Source: an uncultured Mycoplasmatota bacterium (lineage in GTDB: Bacteria; Bacillota_I; Bacilli_A; RF39; UBA660). Taken from it: a stretch of 64,000 nucleotides of DNA. The stretch covers positions 2,248 to 66,247 of the forward strand of contig URQZ01000002.1 in the NCBI GenBank assembly GCA_900550255.1, read 5' to 3'. Positions 21,009-30,946 of this stretch are shown piece by piece. Position 1 is the first letter of the stretch. Each line of letters opens with the position of its first letter. Made by a program: the position numbers and the translations under genes. The notes beneath the pieces were generated by a model. That model had not been told where the DNA came from. It saw nothing but the letters and a program-made list of their open reading frames with translations, and made no database searches.

Positions 21009-21596
21009 TTATAATTTTAATAATTTCTTATTACCTAAATCATTTATCTCATAATAAATTTTTTTCAAATAAGTGTTTGGAACTCGATTATCATAAAAAG
21101 CACTTAATTCTGGATAAACCTCTAAAATATGTTCTTCATAATCAGGCTTTTGACCCTTAATTTTTGGTGATAAAAAATTATTATCATCATAACCATATAC
21201 ATATCCACATAAATACCTACATTTACTATCATTTACATTTAAAACATCATAGTATTTGTAATTTTTGATATTATAGTTTCCGGTAGCCAAAGTATACCAA
21301 TTACTGCGTACAACATTATGTATTCGTATTGCAATATATTTTTTACCATGAACCCCTATAATATAACAATTTGTAATATCCACTTTGTAATCATATTCCT
21401 TAAATTCTTCTTTAAATTTTTGATTGATAAAATCCTTTAATTCGATAACTTCATTTTTTAATGATTCTAATTCAGATTTTTTTGCCGATATTTTTTTATC
21501 AATTTCTTCCAATTCAAAATTTTTACTTTTCAATTTTTCTTCTACTTGCAAATAAATACCAAGTTTTCTATAATTTTCTTTAAATTCCATGTTCAA
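21009..21596 (-). CDS. hypothetical protein with N-terminal coiled coil
   Basis: 195 aa with KxxELExL heptads at the N-terminus. Confidence 0.4.
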   Translation of the reverse strand: MNMEFKENYRKLGIYLQVEEKLKSKNFELEEIDKKISAKKSELESLKNEVIELKDFINQKFKEEFKEYDYKVDITNCYIIGVHGKKYIAIRIHNVVRSNWYTLATGNYNIKNYKYYDVLNVNDSKCRYLCGYVYGYDDNNFLSPKIKGQKPDYEEHILEVYPELSAFYDNRVPNTYLKKIYYEINDLGNKKLLKL

Positions 21597-21954
21597 AACC
21601 TCCTTGTAATTACTTACTATTTTATCATAATTTTATTATTAAAACATTGTTTTTTTACTTATTTTTTATTACACTTAATTCATGTATCTTCAAACAATTT
21701 TAAATTAAGTTTTTTTACAATAGATAAAGACCACTTATCATCTAGATTTTATAATAACACTTTATTAGAATATAGTTTTACTATAGTAAAGTTATTTTTG
21801 AATCTATCAAGATTTCTAAATCTCTAGATATTTTGAAAAAATCGCAAAATTTATATCAAATAAAATCAGTCGTATTTCAGACTGAATATTTATATAAAGT
21901 TCAAATAGTTTAAACAGAATACTTTTTAATGTTTTAAAAGAAATAAAACACTTT

Positions 21955-22815
21955 TTAATTTTTAAATAATATTAAAGTTTTTTCTTTACCATATTTTTCA
22001 CAATCAATTTTAGATTTGTTTTCAATAAATTTTTCAAATTTTTCTTTATCAAAATCCAATATTTGTGATATAAATTCTTTATCATGTAGAAAATTTGTAA
22101 AACCATCACTATATACTACTATTATATCACCATCTGCTAGTTCAACTTGTCCAGTTTTTATAAATTTTATAGCCGACTCTTCACCCGTAATAGCCCCATA
22201 GGATACACATTTATTATCTTGTATATTACTTAAATTATTTCTATAATCTCTTCTAACTATTACTCGTGATTCTGGTAAATTCCAAGGAATGCCAATTTTA
22301 TTAATATATGGATCGCTATATAAATTTTTATCATCTTTCGTTTGAAATCTAATACTTCCTAACCTATCGTATACAATTACACCACAATCACAAATATAAG
22401 CATAATCTAAAATGTTATTTTTAATATTAATACATGAAGCAACAGCTCCATAATAATCATTTTCAAGATAATCACATTTTAAAATATATTTATTATTTAA
22501 CTTTCTAACACTTTCATTACATTTAATCAATTTTTCCATCAGTGATCCGTTAGTTTTTGAAAAAGTATCACATATTGTTTTTGCTGCTAATTCAGCACCA
22601 CTAGGTTTTGGATATTTTTCTAAAAATTCCTCATTAGAACATACTGATAAATCACTAACTCCAATAGGATCTCTAGTTATTCCATCAGCAACAATTGCTT
22701 CTGTTTCAGTTGCATAGAATTGATCTTCAATAGGAAATTCAAAATTGCTTGTCTTAATGTTATCAAATGTATTTTTATATATTAACATATTTATCTCTAC
22801 TTTCTTTTTTATCAT
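21955..22815 (-). CDS. PP2C-like (PPM / SpoIIE-type) serine/threonine phosphatase domain protein
   Basis: AIVADGITR and VVYSDGFTN motifs match the PPM metal-binding Asp-Gly and SDG boxes. Confidence 0.45.
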   Translation of the reverse strand: MIKKKVEINMLIYKNTFDNIKTSNFEFPIEDQFYATETEAIVADGITRDPIGVSDLSVCSNEEFLEKYPKPSGAELAAKTICDTFSKTNGSLMEKLIKCNESVRKLNNKYILKCDYLENDYYGAVASCINIKNNILDYAYICDCGVIVYDRLGSIRFQTKDDKNLYSDPYINKIGIPWNLPESRVIVRRDYRNNLSNIQDNKCVSYGAITGEESAIKFIKTGQVELADGDIIVVYSDGFTNFLHDKEFISQILDFDKEKFEKFIENKSKIDCEKYGKEKTLILFKN

Positions 22816-23035
22816 TATACAAATGTGTTTTTAAGTTTATTATATCAACTTAATTCTAATTTTATCATAAAATCAAACATATTAAAACTCAAACTTTCTA
22901 TAGTTCGAGTTTGATATCATTCTAACGTGAGGGATTAAATTATTTCAAACTTTTACTTATAAACAGTTTTATAATAAGATTTTAACAAAGAATAGAAAAA
23001 GCACAATAATTTAATCACTTTGATTCTTCTCAAAA

Positions 23036-23060
23036 AAACGAACCAAAATGGTTCGAATAA
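23036..23060 (-). terminator. terminator following tRNA-Thr
   Basis: The minus strand reads CGAACCAUUUUGGUUCG followed by UUUUUUU. Confidence 0.6.
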
Positions 23061-23068
23061 TTATTTAA

Positions 23069-23142
23069 TGGTGCCGGTTATAAGAATCGAACTTATAGCT
23101 AATCATTACGAGTGACTTGTTTTACCATTAAACTAAACCGGC
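23069..23142 (-). tRNA. tRNA-Thr (anticodon CGU)
   Basis: Minus strand GCCGGTTTAGTTTAATGGTAAAACAAGTCACTCGTAATGATTAGCTATAAGTTCGATTCTTATAACCGGCACCA. It folds as a cloverleaf with anticodon loop CTCGTAA, TTCGATT T-loop and an encoded CCA. Confidence 0.8.
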
Positions 23143-23234
23143 ATAACTATATATTACACCAACACCTAATTTCTTTACAATACCTAAAATTAAGATTTTA
23201 AAACAAATTTACTTTTTTTTAGAATAATAGTATA

Positions 23235-23262
23235 ATTAGCATATAATATAATAAATGCTAAT
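23235..23262 (+). promoter_or_regulatory. inverted repeat (TTAGCAT-N12-ATGCTAA) overlapping the -10 element of the GGDEF gene promoter; candidate operator
   Basis: Palindrome read directly from the sequence. TATAAT lies at 23231-23236. Confidence 0.35.
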
Positions 23263-23290
23263 CATACAATAATGCAGGGAGGACTTAATA

Positions 23291-24040
23291 ATGCTTGCAA
23301 ATAAAATTTTTGACTTAATAGATACTATTTATGCTATAATTGATAACAATAATATAGTAAGAACTAATAATATAGAAAAATACAAAGAAATAAAAAATCT
23401 TAAATCCGAAAATAATTTGGTACATAATATTAAAAATAACACTTGGTATGAATATAAAACCTTCGATTATAAAGAAAACAATAAAAATTATAAAGTAGAA
23501 ATATATAAAGATATAACAAAATATAAACAAAATGATATAACTGAAATAGATTTTACAACAAAACTTTTAAATAAACAAACAACTTTTAAACAACTAGAAG
23601 AATACTTAAAATCAATTAACGAAAAACCAGAATCCTTTACATTAGCAATGGCAGATATAGATTTCTTCAAAAAGATCAATGATACATATGGACATTTAGC
23701 TGGCGACGAAATACTAAAACAAATAAGCGAATGTCTAATTAAAAATATCAAAGGCGATGATATCGTTGGAAGATTTGGTGGAGAAGAATTCATTATTCTG
23801 TTAAAAAATACAAACTTAGATAATTCAAAAGCACTGCTAGAAAAAATTAGAAAAGATATAGATGACTTAATAGTAAAATATAAAAACTTTATTATAGATA
23901 ACTTAAATATAAGCATTGGAGCTGTTTTTAACCAAGATAATAACACTGACCTAAACAATTTAATCGAAAAAGCAGATAAAGCATTATATAATGTAAAAGA
24001 AAACGGTCGTAACCAAACAAAATTTTTTGATGAAATTTAA
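23291..24040 (+). CDS. GGDEF-domain diguanylate cyclase (no transmembrane or sensor domain evident)
   Basis: RFGGEEFIILL is a GGEEF active site. An upstream GHLAGDEILK I-site-like region is present. A GGGAGG ribosome-binding site is present. Confidence 0.85.
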   Translation: MLANKIFDLIDTIYAIIDNNNIVRTNNIEKYKEIKNLKSENNLVHNIKNNTWYEYKTFDYKENNKNYKVEIYKDITKYKQNDITEIDFTTKLLNKQTTFKQLEEYLKSINEKPESFTLAMADIDFFKKINDTYGHLAGDEILKQISECLIKNIKGDDIVGRFGGEEFIILLKNTNLDNSKALLEKIRKDIDDLIVKYKNFIIDNLNISIGAVFNQDNNTDLNNLIEKADKALYNVKENGRNQTKFFDEI

Positions 24041-24066
24041 AAAGGATGAAATCATCCTTTTTAATA
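24041..24066. terminator. bidirectional terminator between the GGDEF gene and pheT
   Basis: AAAGGATGAAATCATCCTTT hairpin flanked by A-runs and T-runs. Confidence 0.6.
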
Positions 24067-26463
24067 TTATTTATCCCTTAATTTAGCAGCACATTTATTT
24101 TCAACTTCTGTAATAATTCTATTAAATAAAACCATTACCTCTTCTTCACTTAAAGTCCTATTCAAATCAGAGAAAGTTAAAGAATAAGCAATTGACTTTT
24201 CATCCTCTTCTATCTTATCACCCATATAAACATCAAAAACTTGAATATCAGTAAGTAATCTACTTCCTGCTTTTTTTATAACCTTTTCTAATGTTTCTGA
24301 AGAAACATTTTTATTAACAACAAAAGCTAAATCTTTTTTTATTTCTGGATATTTAGAAGCTTCTTTAAACTTAATAGATTTAACAGGCTTCATTAATTTT
24401 GTAAGTGATAATTCAGCCACATAAATATCATCTTTCTTTAAAGATGGATGAACGCGACCTACAATACCAATAACTTCTCTATCTAACAAAATTTGAGCAC
24501 TCATTCCAGGATGCATATCATTAATTTCATTAACAACGAAAGTATAACGATTTTTAAATCCTAAATAATCAAGTATATTTTCAACAATTCCTTTAATAAC
24601 ATAAAAATCTACTTTAATAAAATTATTTTGCCAATTACTTGCTATATAATTGCCTTTCATAAGAATTGAAATCTTACTATCTTCATTATAATCTACATCA
24701 TAAGTTTTACTTATTTCATAAATCATTACATCATTAACTTTACGAGCTTTATTATAATCATAAACATTTAAAAGTGATGGAATAAGTGTAGTTCTAACAA
24801 CCGATTTATCAACACTCATAGGATTTGGTAAAACAACATTTTCTTTATCTTCGTATTTAAATAAACTAGCCATTTCAGGAGATACTAAAGTATAAGTTTT
24901 ACATTCATTAATACCTAAAGTACGCAAACGCTTTGAAACTAATTTACGATATTTAACATCTCCAATATACTCACCCTTTTTAATACTTACCTTAGGTAGT
25001 GTTGAAACTAAATTGTGATAACCATAAAGACGACCAATTTCCTCTGCAATATCATTTACATTTGGATCAATATCTAATCTTCTATTTGGAATAGTTGCAA
25101 TAAATTTATCACCATCTTTTTCAAAAGCAAAACCTAATCTATTTAACTCAAATTCCATATCTTCTTCACTAATAGTTATTCCAAGTAAAGAATTTATTTC
25201 ATCTTTTTTAAATTCTACTTTTTTTGGTATTTTATCAACCTTATCATATTTAACTATACCACTTAAAACTTTAGCTGAGGCATATTTTTCAAGTAAATAG
25301 CAAGCTCTATTAATAGCATTATTTGTATATTCATAATTTAATCCTTTTCCATAACGGACAGAAGCCTCACTTCTTAAATTTAAATGTCCAGCTGTATATC
25401 TAATGCTTGTGGCATCAAAAATAGCACTTTCGATTAATATATTTTTGGTATTAGAATCAACATCAGTATTTTCTCCACCCATAACACCTGCAATACAAAT
25501 AGGTTTTTCAGAATCAGTAATAACAATATCAGAACTTTTTAATACTCTTTCTTTTCCATCTAAAGTAATTATTTTTTCATCCTCTTTAGCGTCTCTAACA
25601 ACAATCTTATTTCCTACTTTATCCTTATCAAAAAAATGAAGTGGTTGTCCGTATTCAAGCATAACATAATTAGAAATATCAACTACGTTATTAATAGGAC
25701 GCATTCCTGCTGATATTAATCTTTTCTTTATAAAATCTGGAGATTCACCTATTTTAACATCAGTAACCATTTTAGCTAAATAGTAAGGACATTTACTAGT
25801 TTCAACTTTTAAATCTAATTTATCTTCAATACTATCTTTTATTTGATTATAATTTTCATCTGGAAGAGTTACTTTTTTATTTAAAATACTAGCAATTTCA
25901 TAAGCAAAACCAATATGATAATAACAATCATTATTACGATGCTTATGAATATCTAATTCATATAAAGTATCATCTAACCCTAAAAATTTAAGTGGATCTT
26001 CCCCTACTTTAGCACTATCATCTAAAACTTCTATTCCTCTATTATAATTTTCCTCTGTTTTTTCTTCAACACCTAATTCAAATAAGGCACATATCATTCC
26101 GTTAGATTCAACACCTCTAATTTTTCCTTTTTTGATTTCAAAATCACCTGGTAAAATAGCTCCTGGTAAAGCAACTATTACCTTGATATTTTCTTTAACA
26201 TTAGAGGCACCACAAACAATTTGAACTACTTCATTTCCAATATCTACTTTACAAACGTGTAAATGGTCACTATCTTCATGATTTTTACATTCAATTACTT
26301 TTCCAATAACTAAATGGTCAATATGATTAGTAATAACTTTTTCAATATTAACTCCTGCTTTAGTTATTTTAACAGCTAATTCTTTTAAATCTTCATCTTC
26401 AAGATCAATATAATCTTTTACCCAATCTAAACTAATCATATTAATCATTATCCTTTCTATCAA
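24067..26463 (-). CDS. pheT: phenylalanyl-tRNA synthetase beta subunit
   Basis: 798 aa with tRNA-binding, B3/4, B5 and anticodon-binding regions. Overlaps pheS. Confidence 0.95.
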   Translation of the reverse strand: MIERIMINMISLDWVKDYIDLEDEDLKELAVKITKAGVNIEKVITNHIDHLVIGKVIECKNHEDSDHLHVCKVDIGNEVVQIVCGASNVKENIKVIVALPGAILPGDFEIKKGKIRGVESNGMICALFELGVEEKTEENYNRGIEVLDDSAKVGEDPLKFLGLDDTLYELDIHKHRNNDCYYHIGFAYEIASILNKKVTLPDENYNQIKDSIEDKLDLKVETSKCPYYLAKMVTDVKIGESPDFIKKRLISAGMRPINNVVDISNYVMLEYGQPLHFFDKDKVGNKIVVRDAKEDEKIITLDGKERVLKSSDIVITDSEKPICIAGVMGGENTDVDSNTKNILIESAIFDATSIRYTAGHLNLRSEASVRYGKGLNYEYTNNAINRACYLLEKYASAKVLSGIVKYDKVDKIPKKVEFKKDEINSLLGITISEEDMEFELNRLGFAFEKDGDKFIATIPNRRLDIDPNVNDIAEEIGRLYGYHNLVSTLPKVSIKKGEYIGDVKYRKLVSKRLRTLGINECKTYTLVSPEMASLFKYEDKENVVLPNPMSVDKSVVRTTLIPSLLNVYDYNKARKVNDVMIYEISKTYDVDYNEDSKISILMKGNYIASNWQNNFIKVDFYVIKGIVENILDYLGFKNRYTFVVNEINDMHPGMSAQILLDREVIGIVGRVHPSLKKDDIYVAELSLTKLMKPVKSIKFKEASKYPEIKKDLAFVVNKNVSSETLEKVIKKAGSRLLTDIQVFDVYMGDKIEEDEKSIAYSLTFSDLNRTLSEEEVMVLFNRIITEVENKCAAKLRDK

Positions 26464-27487
26464 ATGTTTTTAGTTCTCTTAAATCTGTTGCATAAAAGGT
26501 TCTAATATCATTGATACCATATTTCAACATTGCAAGTCGCTCAGCACCAAATCCAAAAGCAAAACCGCTCCATTCTTTTGGATCATATCCACAATTACGA
26601 AGAACGTTAGGATGAACCATTCCGGCTCCTGAAACAGTTATCCAACCAGTATTTTTACAAATATTACAACCTTCTCCATGACATTTAAAACAACTAATAT
26701 CTGTTTCTACTGATGGCTCAGTAAATTGGTAGTAACTTGGTCTAAATCTTGTTTGACAATCTTCTCCAAACAGTTTTTTAGCTATTACATCAAATGTTCC
26801 TTTTAAATCTGACAGACTTATGTTTTTATCAACAAGTAATCCTTCTATTTGCATAAATTGATGTGAATGTGTTGCATCATCATCATCTCTTCGATATGTT
26901 TTACCAGGACAAATCATTCTTATAGGTTTTTGTCCATTTCCTTTTAACATAGTTCTAATTTGTACTGGTGAAGTTTGACTACGTAGAAGAATTTCCTCAT
27001 CTTTGATATAAAATGTATCTTGCGCATCACGAGCTGGATGTCCTTTTGGGATATTTAGCATTTCAAAGTTAAATTTATCTTCTTCTATTTCAGGTCCATC
27101 AACAACATCATATCCCATTGACATAAGAAGTTCCTCTATTTCTTCAACTATTTTCTCTAATATATTAGGAGCTCCAACTGGTATTTTTACTGAAGGTAGA
27201 CTTATATCTATTTTCTCACTTTCTAATTTTTTATTTAAAGCATCTGTTTCTAATTTAACTTTTAAAGAATCAAACATTTCATTAACTTCCATTTTCATAT
27301 TATTAAGAAGTTTTCCAAATTCTTTTTTTTCTTCAATACTTAAGTCTTTCATATGACCAGATAATTCATTTATTGGTCCTTTTTTACTTAAATATTCTGT
27401 TCTAATCTCATTTAAAGTTTTTAAATCTTCAACACTCTGTAATTTTTCTTTTATTTCTAAAATCAAATTATTCATTTTTTCTTCCAT
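26441..27487 (-). CDS. pheS: phenylalanyl-tRNA synthetase alpha subunit
   Basis: Class II motifs are present (FRPSYYQFTEPS, GAGMVHPNVL). The start is moved to the ATG at 27485-27487 (MEEKMNNL...), which has a GGAAAGGAA ribosome-binding site. The 27505 start in the ORF track is TTG. Confidence 0.95.
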   Translation of the reverse strand: MEEKMNNLILEIKEKLQSVEDLKTLNEIRTEYLSKKGPINELSGHMKDLSIEEKKEFGKLLNNMKMEVNEMFDSLKVKLETDALNKKLESEKIDISLPSVKIPVGAPNILEKIVEEIEELLMSMGYDVVDGPEIEEDKFNFEMLNIPKGHPARDAQDTFYIKDEEILLRSQTSPVQIRTMLKGNGQKPIRMICPGKTYRRDDDDATHSHQFMQIEGLLVDKNISLSDLKGTFDVIAKKLFGEDCQTRFRPSYYQFTEPSVETDISCFKCHGEGCNICKNTGWITVSGAGMVHPNVLRNCGYDPKEWSGFAFGFGAERLAMLKYGINDIRTFYATDLRELKTFDRKDND

Positions 27488-27503
27488 ACTATCATTCCTT
27501 TCC

Positions 27504-27722
27504 AAAAAAAAACATCCTTGTTTAAGGACGTGATTTACGTGGTACCACCTTATTTTATAGCTAAAAGCTACCTCTAAGACTAAAACGCGTCACCGTTATA
27601 AATTTTGTTTATAAAACTCCAAAGACGAATTCATAAAAGATTATTATTAGTTTTCACCAACCACTAACTCTCTTTAAATAATTACTTCTATTACTACTTC
27701 TTCATCACTGTTTTTAAATAAT
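27504..27722 (-). promoter_or_regulatory. T-box leader (probable Phe specifier UUC) with intrinsic terminator upstream of pheST
   Basis: The minus strand carries AAUAAGGUGGUACCACG (forward 27538-27550). The terminator is ACGUCCUUAAACAAGGAUGU plus U9 (27504-27532). A GA motif AGAGAG, a distal AGUGG..GGUG and a candidate GAAUUC specifier are present. A -10 box TATACT sits near 27731. Confidence 0.7.
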
Positions 27723-27761
27723 ACAATATTAGTATAACATATTTTCTTAGTTTTTCAAGTT

Positions 27762-28193
27762 TTATTTACTTTTATTCTTACTATTTTCATTTAAATAGAC
27801 ATCATATAAATAATCAACATCATTCATATCTGTATTATTAATTGGTACTGCACCTTTATCTGATAAGGTTGAAATTTCAAAGAAGGAAAAATTATCAAAT
27901 ACTTCTTTGGTTAAATTAAAAAATTCTTTTTGTTTTTCTGACATAGTTTCTGGTATAACACATACACCTACATAACCATCTTTTGTTTTTCCGTTATTAA
28001 GAATTGTAACACATCCAAGCTTCGCTAGTTTAATAAGTCCATCATATTCAGAAGTTGCTTGCACATTTAATCTTCTTTTTTTAATATATTCATCAATACC
28101 CTCTTTATGTCTTCTTCCTAATCTTTTTTCAAAAAAGTAATTTTCTTCCTCTTGTGGTATTATCCATATCATTTGATTTAATAAATCTTTCAT
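27762..28193 (-). CDS. hypothetical protein
   Basis: 143 aa with no recognisable motif. Confidence 0.4.
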   Translation of the reverse strand: MKDLLNQMIWIIPQEEENYFFEKRLGRRHKEGIDEYIKKRRLNVQATSEYDGLIKLAKLGCVTILNNGKTKDGYVGVCVIPETMSEKQKEFFNLTKEVFDNFSFFEISTLSDKGAVPINNTDMNDVDYLYDVYLNENSKNKSK

Positions 28194-28210
28194 TACCTCA
28201 CCTCATTAAT

Positions 28211-28232
28211 TAAAAAAAGCCTTAAAGGCTTT
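28211..28232 (-). terminator. terminator after the tRNA-Asn/tRNA-Glu pair
   Basis: The minus strand reads AGCCUUUAAGGCU followed by UUUUUUU. Confidence 0.6.
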
Positions 28233-28242
28233 CAAATCTAAC

Positions 28243-28319
28243 TGGTGACCAGTACGGGATTCGAACCCGTGAATGCTGCCGTGAAAGGGCAGTGTGTTAA
28301 GCCACTTCACCAACTGGCC
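28243..28319 (-). tRNA. tRNA-Glu (anticodon UUC)
   Basis: GGCCAGTTGGTGAAGTGGCTTAACACACTGCCCTTTCACGGCAGCATTCACGGGTTCGAATCCCGTACTGGTCACCA. It closely matches Bacillus tRNA-Glu. Confidence 0.85.
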
Positions 28320-28323
28320 AAGA

Positions 28324-28399
28324 TGGCGCCTAATGTAGGACTCGAACCTACGACCTATCGGTTAACAGCCGAGTGCTCTACCAACTGAGCTAATTGGGC
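28324..28399 (-). tRNA. tRNA-Asn (anticodon GUU)
   Basis: GCCCAATTAGCTCAGTTGGTAGAGCACTCGGCTGTTAACCGATAGGTCGTAGGTTCGAGTCCTACATTAGGCGCCA. The acceptor stem has a C4·A69 mismatch. Confidence 0.8.
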
Positions 28400-28526
28400 A
28401 ATTAATAAATAATTGCTAAGACTTTTTAATTATATCTTATATTTATTAAATTTGCAATACCTTTTAGATATTTTTTTACATTTTTTACAATATTATATGT
28501 AACTCAAAATATAAAATTACTATTAC

Positions 28527-29177
28527 TTAATTTCGCATTTCTTTTCTTATTTGTTTATAATTTTGACAATACTTGCTAACTAAACTCCAAAAGTCCTTAG
28601 AATGATTAAAATGAATGAAATGTGAAAGTTCATGGACAATAACATAATCTAGTTTATCTAAACTATATTTCATAAGTTCTGAATTTAATGTAACTGAATT
28701 ATCTCTAATATTACATACGCCCCATCTTGTTTTCATCTTTCTAATTTTTAACTTAGGATATGGTATATCTTCTTCAAAAAGATTATATAAACTATTTAAG
28801 TGTTCCTCAAATATTTCTTTTGTTTGTTTTTTTAACCATTTATTTAGCATATCTAAATTAGTAACATATATTTTATGATTAATAAATTTTACCTTATCAA
28901 CTTTCATAAATATAACGTCATATTTACTGCCTAAATAATAGAATGATTCTTCCTTTTCTTTGATAGAATTAACTCGATTTAACATCTTAACGAGTGCTGA
29001 ATAATTATCATTTAGAAGCTTTTTTATTTGTGATTTTGTTGTAAAATAATTTGTTGTTACATAAATCTTCATATCTTCTTTTATTCTTATATATGTATTC
29101 TTATTATTTTTTTTAGTTATAACAACCTCTAATTTTTGTCCATTAACTTCATATAACATTTTACCACCTATTATCAT
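28527..29177 (-). CDS. YgjP/DUF45-family metal-dependent hydrolase (WLM/SprT-like zincin)
   Basis: C-terminal VIVHELSHFIHFNHSKDFW is the family HExxH signature. Confidence 0.7.
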   Translation of the reverse strand: MIIGGKMLYEVNGQKLEVVITKKNNKNTYIRIKEDMKIYVTTNYFTTKSQIKKLLNDNYSALVKMLNRVNSIKEKEESFYYLGSKYDVIFMKVDKVKFINHKIYVTNLDMLNKWLKKQTKEIFEEHLNSLYNLFEEDIPYPKLKIRKMKTRWGVCNIRDNSVTLNSELMKYSLDKLDYVIVHELSHFIHFNHSKDFWSLVSKYCQNYKQIRKEMRN

Positions 29178-29218
29178 TCTAACATAAAAAAAAGAAATTT
29201 AAAATTCTTAAATTTCTT

Positions 29219-30904
29219 CTAACGGGAACCTCCCCCGCCTCCTCCGAAGGAACCTCCTCCTCCGCCACCGGATGAGAATCCTCCTCCACCAGATGAATAT
29301 GATTCTGCACGAGATCTTGCACTACTAGCACTACTCATTCCTGAATATGAAATAGCATAAATAAAATTAACGCTTTCATATGAATAATCAGTTATAACAT
29401 CTGGATAAAGTTCTTTAAATTGTTTAGCTACTTTTTTAGCTACACCAAATATTTGAGCATACATTAAATAATATTCCCAAAGTTTAACTTCAATAGCTTC
29501 TTTTGATTCTATACTTCCAAATTCTTTGAAAAATTGTTTTAATCCAGCCATTTGTTTAGCTTCATCCATCATACTAGGATCAACTTCATAAACAACTGAT
29601 TTAAATATTTTTAAACTAGTTTTTACTGTTTTAGTTAATTTTCCTGCTTCAATTAATTTTTCGTTTTCATAATCTAATACATCATTAAACCAATTTAAAA
29701 TTTTAGTATAATGTTTACTACACCATTTTTCAAATTCTTTGCTTTCTAAAATTCCATCTTTACTTGCTTCATACATATAATTATAAAGTTTATTTTCTAA
29801 ATCAATTTCTGATTCAAGATTTTGACTTGAAAAAATAATTGATGTATCCTCTTTTTTAAAGATTCCATTTACTGTTTTATTTTCTATTTTAATCTTATCT
29901 TCTTTTAACCATTTTAATAAAATTACGCCTAAAAAATCCGTTTGTTTTTTCATTAATTTATAATTATAAGCTATCCAATATGCTTTATAAATATCTTTAT
30001 CACAAGGAATATCTCTAAATAAAGGAACATCCTTTGGAATTTTTCTTCCAGTTGAACCATAATATAGGACTTTACTTCCTGACTTTAATCCTTGATTTTG
30101 ACTAGATTTACTTATACCAAAAATAAAGAAAAACCAAAATAAAACTTGAAATATAACCATCATAACAGCAAATCCATCATCACTAGACTCTTTATAGTGA
30201 TCAGCACCTTCTTCTGCTCTTTTAAGATAATCATCAAAGTTTCCATCTAATGTATTTGTTGTATTAAAAGTGTTTAAAGGAAATTTTACTAAAGCCACCA
30301 TATAATCACTACTAGATAAGGAATCATTTGATAAATAAATTTTTCCATCAGCAACATAAGCAAGTCCGCCATAGTTACCATATCCCCAAACATCTAAATC
30401 ATCACTAAAAGCTTCATCAGCATGCATAACAATTTCTACATTACCAGGTATAGGCTTTATTGAATCTAATAAATTCCAATAGATAATATCAGCATCATCA
30501 ACACGTGAGACAAATGATTTTATTTTATATGTAAGTGTATAAGTGTGTTTTTTATAACTACTTTTTCCAAAACACAATTCTACACCATTATTTGTATAAT
30601 TATAACCATATTTATATGCTTTAGTACTAAAAGATGCATCAACATCCCAATCGACTAATTCATATTCTTTTTCTTCATCTTTTACTTTTAAATCAGTAAT
30701 TTTCGAATTTCCTATATTATAAAAAGCATGATAATATTCTGTCTTTTCGGTTGCATCTGCATTCCATACCTCTGTTACATTGGCATCGCCATTAGAATCA
30801 ATGTAAATATCCATTTTAATTGAATAAATTGATTCAGCTTTAACAACACCAATAATTAAAAATGAAAATAAACAAAAAGTAAAATATTTAAAAATTTTTT
30901 TCAT
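29219..30904 (-). CDS. DUF2207 domain membrane protein with Gly-rich C-terminal tail
   Basis: Signal peptide, extracellular domain, a central transmembrane segment, and a C-terminal SGGGGFSSGGGGGGSFGGGGGGSR tail. It sits next to LemA, which is the usual arrangement. Confidence 0.7.
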   Translation of the reverse strand: MKKIFKYFTFCLFSFLIIGVVKAESIYSIKMDIYIDSNGDANVTEVWNADATEKTEYYHAFYNIGNSKITDLKVKDEEKEYELVDWDVDASFSTKAYKYGYNYTNNGVELCFGKSSYKKHTYTLTYKIKSFVSRVDDADIIYWNLLDSIKPIPGNVEIVMHADEAFSDDLDVWGYGNYGGLAYVADGKIYLSNDSLSSSDYMVALVKFPLNTFNTTNTLDGNFDDYLKRAEEGADHYKESSDDGFAVMMVIFQVLFWFFFIFGISKSSQNQGLKSGSKVLYYGSTGRKIPKDVPLFRDIPCDKDIYKAYWIAYNYKLMKKQTDFLGVILLKWLKEDKIKIENKTVNGIFKKEDTSIIFSSQNLESEIDLENKLYNYMYEASKDGILESKEFEKWCSKHYTKILNWFNDVLDYENEKLIEAGKLTKTVKTSLKIFKSVVYEVDPSMMDEAKQMAGLKQFFKEFGSIESKEAIEVKLWEYYLMYAQIFGVAKKVAKQFKELYPDVITDYSYESVNFIYAISYSGMSSASSARSRAESYSSGGGGFSSGGGGGGSFGGGGGGSR

Positions 30905-30946
30905 TTTTACCTCCCTACAATTTTAAAAAAGACTTACATAGTAAGT

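Noticed and set aside
28324-28399. tRNA-Asn acceptor stem C4·A69 mismatch, considered as a possible pseudo-tRNA.
   Set aside because: All other stems and the conserved loops are intact, and it is closely similar to Bacillus tRNA-Asn. A single mismatch is tolerated, so it is kept as a functional tRNA.
29221-29290. Local GC-rich patch in an AT-rich genome, considered as a possible horizontal insertion or repeat.
   Set aside because: It is the antisense of GGN glycine codons that encode the poly-Gly tail of the DUF2207 protein.
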